Shown here one piece after another: positions 46,007-48,310 of a stretch of 48,310 bases of DNA (position 1 is the first letter of the stretch; every line of letters starts with the position of its first letter). Origin of the DNA: Thermoleophilaceae bacterium (GTDB lineage: Bacteria > Actinomycetota > Thermoleophilia > Solirubrobacterales > Thermoleophilaceae); the NCBI GenBank assembly GCA_046462295.1, contig JBKGUS010000155.1:1-48310 (forward strand), in the 5' to 3' direction. Position numbers and translations under genes: made by a program. Under the pieces are notes generated by a model, which was not told the origin of the DNA, did not search any database, and worked only from the letters and a program-made list of their open reading frames with translations.

Positions 46007-47902
46007 TCATCCATGCCACCGCATCTTCGCCCGCCCCTGGGCCGAGCGCGCGGCGGCGCCCGTGGTCTCTGGGCGGGTCGACACCTCTGCCACGCCCACG
46101 TCCCACCAGCAGGCGGAGTCGAGCGTCAGCCGGTGCGGCTCCGTGCGGCACACGATCACCGCCGGCAGATCCTGGGATCGGGCGTCCTCGAGCGCACGCT
46201 CGAGCAACTCGGGCGTGTCGGCCTCGAACGCCGCGCACCCGTACGAGCGGGCGTTCCCGGCATAGTCGACCACCAGGTGCTCACCGGTCAGGGCGCCGCC
46301 CTCGCGGGCGCGGAACTCGAGCCCGAACGAGCGGTCGATCCGCCCCCGCTGCAGCGCGTGGATCGACTGGTAGCCGTGGTTGTCGATGAGCACCACCGTG
46401 GCCTTGAGCCGCTCCTGCACGGCGGTCACGAGCTCGGTGTGGCCCATCAGGTAGGTGCCGTCGCCGATCAGGACGTATACCTCGCCCTCGGCGCCCTTCG
46501 CCATGCGAACGCCCAGCCCGGCGGGGATCTCGTGTCCCATGGTCGAGAAGCCGACCTCCATCTGCACGCCGGCGCCCTGGCCGGTGTCCCAGACCTTGTG
46601 GACGTCCACGTGCGGCGTGCCCGACGCGACCACCAGCGTGTCGCCTGCCCGGGCGACGCGGTTGAGGGCGTGGACGACCTGGTGCTGACTCATCCGCTCG
46701 GATTCGCGCGGACGCCGGTCGGCCTCGACGGCGGCCCGCCACTCGTCCTTCGCGACTGCGACCTCCCGCACCCAGGCCTCTGTGGGCCGGTGCCCGCGCT
46801 CGTCGAGCGCGCCGGCTAGCCGTTCGATCCCGAGCCGGGCGTCCGCCTGCAGCGGGATCGCGCCGAGCTTCCGGGCATCGAAGGTCGACACGTTCAGCCC
46901 CACGAAGCGGACGCCCGGCTCCTCGAACAGCGTGCCGGAGCCGGTGGTCAGGTCGATCAGCCGCGTGCCGGCGCAGAGCACCAGGTCCGCCCGGCGCGCG
47001 AGGCGGTTTGCGGCGCGGGTGCCCGAGTGCCCGATCCCGCCGACGGCCATCGGGCTGTCGCCGCGGAGCGCCCCCTTGCCCGCGGACGTCTCGGCGACGG
47101 GGATGCTGTGGCCCTCGGCCAGCCGGCGCAGGGCCTCGCCCGCGTCCGAGTAGCGCACGCCGCCTCCCGCCACGATGAGCGGACGCTCGGCCGCGAGCAG
47201 CGCCTCGGCCGCCGCGGCCAGCTCCTCGGCGGCCGGCGGACGGCGGGCGACCGTCCAGGTCCGCTCCGCGAAGAACGCCTCGGGGTACTCGTAGGCCTCC
47301 GCCTGCACGTCCTGGTGGAGGGACAGCGTCACGGCGCCGGTCCTCTCGGGGTCGAGCAGCGCGGCCACGGCCGCCGGCAGGGCGGTCAGGAGCTGCTCGG
47401 GCCGGGCGATCCGGTCGAAGAACGCCGACACCGGGCGGAAGGCGTCGTTGACCGAGACGTCGCCACGGGCCGGATCGTCGAGCGATTGCATCGGCGGGCC
47501 CTGCAGCCTGGAGGCGAAGGTGTCCGAGGGAAGCAGCAGGACCGGCACCCGGTTCACCGTCGCCGCGGCGGCGCCCGTGAGCATGTTCGTCGAGCCCGGG
47601 CCGATCGAGGCGGAGCAGGCGAGCGTCGACAGCCGCTGCCGCGTCCGCGCGTACCCGATGGCGGCGTGGACCATCGCCTGCTCGTTCTTCGGCTGCAGGT
47701 AGCGCATCGTGCGTCCCTCGTCCTGCTCGAGCGCCTGGCCCACGCCGCAGACGTTGCCGTGGCCGAAGATCCCGAACATCGCCGGGACGAGCCGCTGGCG
47801 GTGCCCGTCCCGCTCCGAGAACTGGTTGGCCAGGAAGCGCACGAGCGCCTGGCCGGCGGTGAGCCGGATGGTGGGCTGGCCGGCCAGGGGGCGTGCGTGC
47901 AT
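46007..47902 (-). CDS. iolD: 3D-(3,5/4)-trihydroxycyclohexane-1,2-dione acylhydrolase (ThDP enzyme, IolD-type)
   Basis: 631 aa. The N-terminus IRLTAGQALVRFLANQF...GIFGHGNVCGVGQALEQ...KNEQAMVHAAIGYAR and the C-terminus WWDVGVAEVS are collinear with IolD as I recall it from Bacillus. The ThDP motif region is GDGTYLM...NHGYQSI. Confidence 0.85.
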   Translation of the reverse strand: MHARPLAGQPTIRLTAGQALVRFLANQFSERDGHRQRLVPAMFGIFGHGNVCGVGQALEQDEGRTMRYLQPKNEQAMVHAAIGYARTRQRLSTLACSASIGPGSTNMLTGAAAATVNRVPVLLLPSDTFASRLQGPPMQSLDDPARGDVSVNDAFRPVSAFFDRIARPEQLLTALPAAVAALLDPERTGAVTLSLHQDVQAEAYEYPEAFFAERTWTVARRPPAAEELAAAAEALLAAERPLIVAGGGVRYSDAGEALRRLAEGHSIPVAETSAGKGALRGDSPMAVGGIGHSGTRAANRLARRADLVLCAGTRLIDLTTGSGTLFEEPGVRFVGLNVSTFDARKLGAIPLQADARLGIERLAGALDERGHRPTEAWVREVAVAKDEWRAAVEADRRPRESERMSQHQVVHALNRVARAGDTLVVASGTPHVDVHKVWDTGQGAGVQMEVGFSTMGHEIPAGLGVRMAKGAEGEVYVLIGDGTYLMGHTELVTAVQERLKATVVLIDNHGYQSIHALQRGRIDRSFGLEFRAREGGALTGEHLVVDYAGNARSYGCAAFEADTPELLERALEDARSQDLPAVIVCRTEPHRLTLDSACWWDVGVAEVSTRPETTGAAARSAQGRAKMRWHG

Positions 47903-47942
47903 GCGGTGATCTTACAGAGGGATTAAGTGATTAGATGTCTTC

Positions 47943-48310
47943 ATGCTGCAGCTGGCCAACGCCCCCGTGTCCTGGGGCGTCGACTTCCCCGACCAGCCGG
48001 GCGCGCCGTCCTGGACCGAGGTGCTGGACGGCATCGCGGCGGCCGGCTACCGCAACGTCGAGCTCGGGCCCTACGGGTTCCTGCCGGAGGACGCGTCCGC
48101 GCTGCGGGAGGCGCTCGAGGAGCGCGGCCTGCGCGCCGCCGGCGGCCTGCTGTACGAGCCCTTTCACGACCCCGGCGCCCACGCCGCGATCCGCGATCTG
48201 GCCGCGCGCGTGATCCGCTGGAGCGCGGGGGCGGGCGGGGGGTACCTGCTCCTGATCCCGCTCGCCGACGGCGAGCGCGACGGCTGGGCCCTGCCCGCCC
48301 AGCCGTCGCG
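47943..48310 (+). CDS. sugar phosphate isomerase/epimerase-fold protein (IolE/IolH-like), 3' end outside window
   Basis: This ORF is absent from the track because it has no stop within the window. From ATG 47943 it reads MLQLANAPVSWGVDFPDQPGAPSWTEVLDGIAAAGYRNVELGPYGFLPED with very high GC3. The pattern is typical of the xylose-isomerase-like TIM barrel N-terminus. It is divergent from iolD. Confidence 0.7.
   Translation, partial: MLQLANAPVSWGVDFPDQPGAPSWTEVLDGIAAAGYRNVELGPYGFLPEDASALREALEERGLRAAGGLLYEPFHDPGAHAAIRDLAARVIRWSAGAGGGYLLLIPLADGERDGWALPAQPS

Overview
48.3-kb, very GC-rich segment with strong third-position GC bias (GC not computed; about 70 percent or more by eye). It reads like core chromosome of an Actinomycetota-like bacterium; the taxon is inference. 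I support about 40 protein genes, densely packed on both strands. I found no rRNA, tRNA, CRISPR array, transposase, integrase or phage module. Left to right: lysA(partial)-hom-thrC-thrB; a disrupted small secreted-protein gene, a small membrane protein and a large secreted M14 carboxypeptidase; Nudix; a ParA-like ATPase plus amidase; gltB-gltD; a lysyl-oxidase-like gene; an NAD epimerase; a four-gene membrane-protein operon (DUF4383-like, YqjD/ElaB-like, Holin-X-like, DUF3618-like); an S1 protease; a zinc-ribbon FHA protein; a small zinc-ribbon ORF; SRPBCC; a lipoprotein; a PBP; a CvpA-MarP-like protease; patatin; a second degenerate lysyl-oxidase-like gene; a fused ECF sigma/ZAS anti-sigma membrane protein; an FAD oxidoreductase; topoisomerase III; TetR plus a Baeyer-Villiger monooxygenase; a metallophosphoesterase; a degenerate alpha/beta hydrolase; a Cys/His-knuckle hypothetical; an AddB-like/AddA-like helicase-nuclease pair; an SDR; and iolD with an iolE-like gene (partial). 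Most long ORFs in the six-frame track are GC-driven shadow ORFs or chimeras and were trimmed or rejected. I did not find a convincing novel multi-gene system. The best leads are: (1) two lysyl-oxidase-like paralogs, one of which has lost the His-x-His-x-His copper site; (2) two genes whose conserved N-termini can only be reached by CTG initiation at a CTGA stop/start overlap; (3) an in-frame 2 x 42-bp hairpin-containing tandem repeat inside the addB-like gene; (4) a single-polypeptide ECF sigma-ZAS-TM-proline-rich protein followed by a 294-bp non-coding gap with a perfect 15-bp inverted repeat; (5) a small secreted-protein gene that needs two compensating frame changes. All family assignments come from motif recognition by eye and need HMM or BLAST confirmation.
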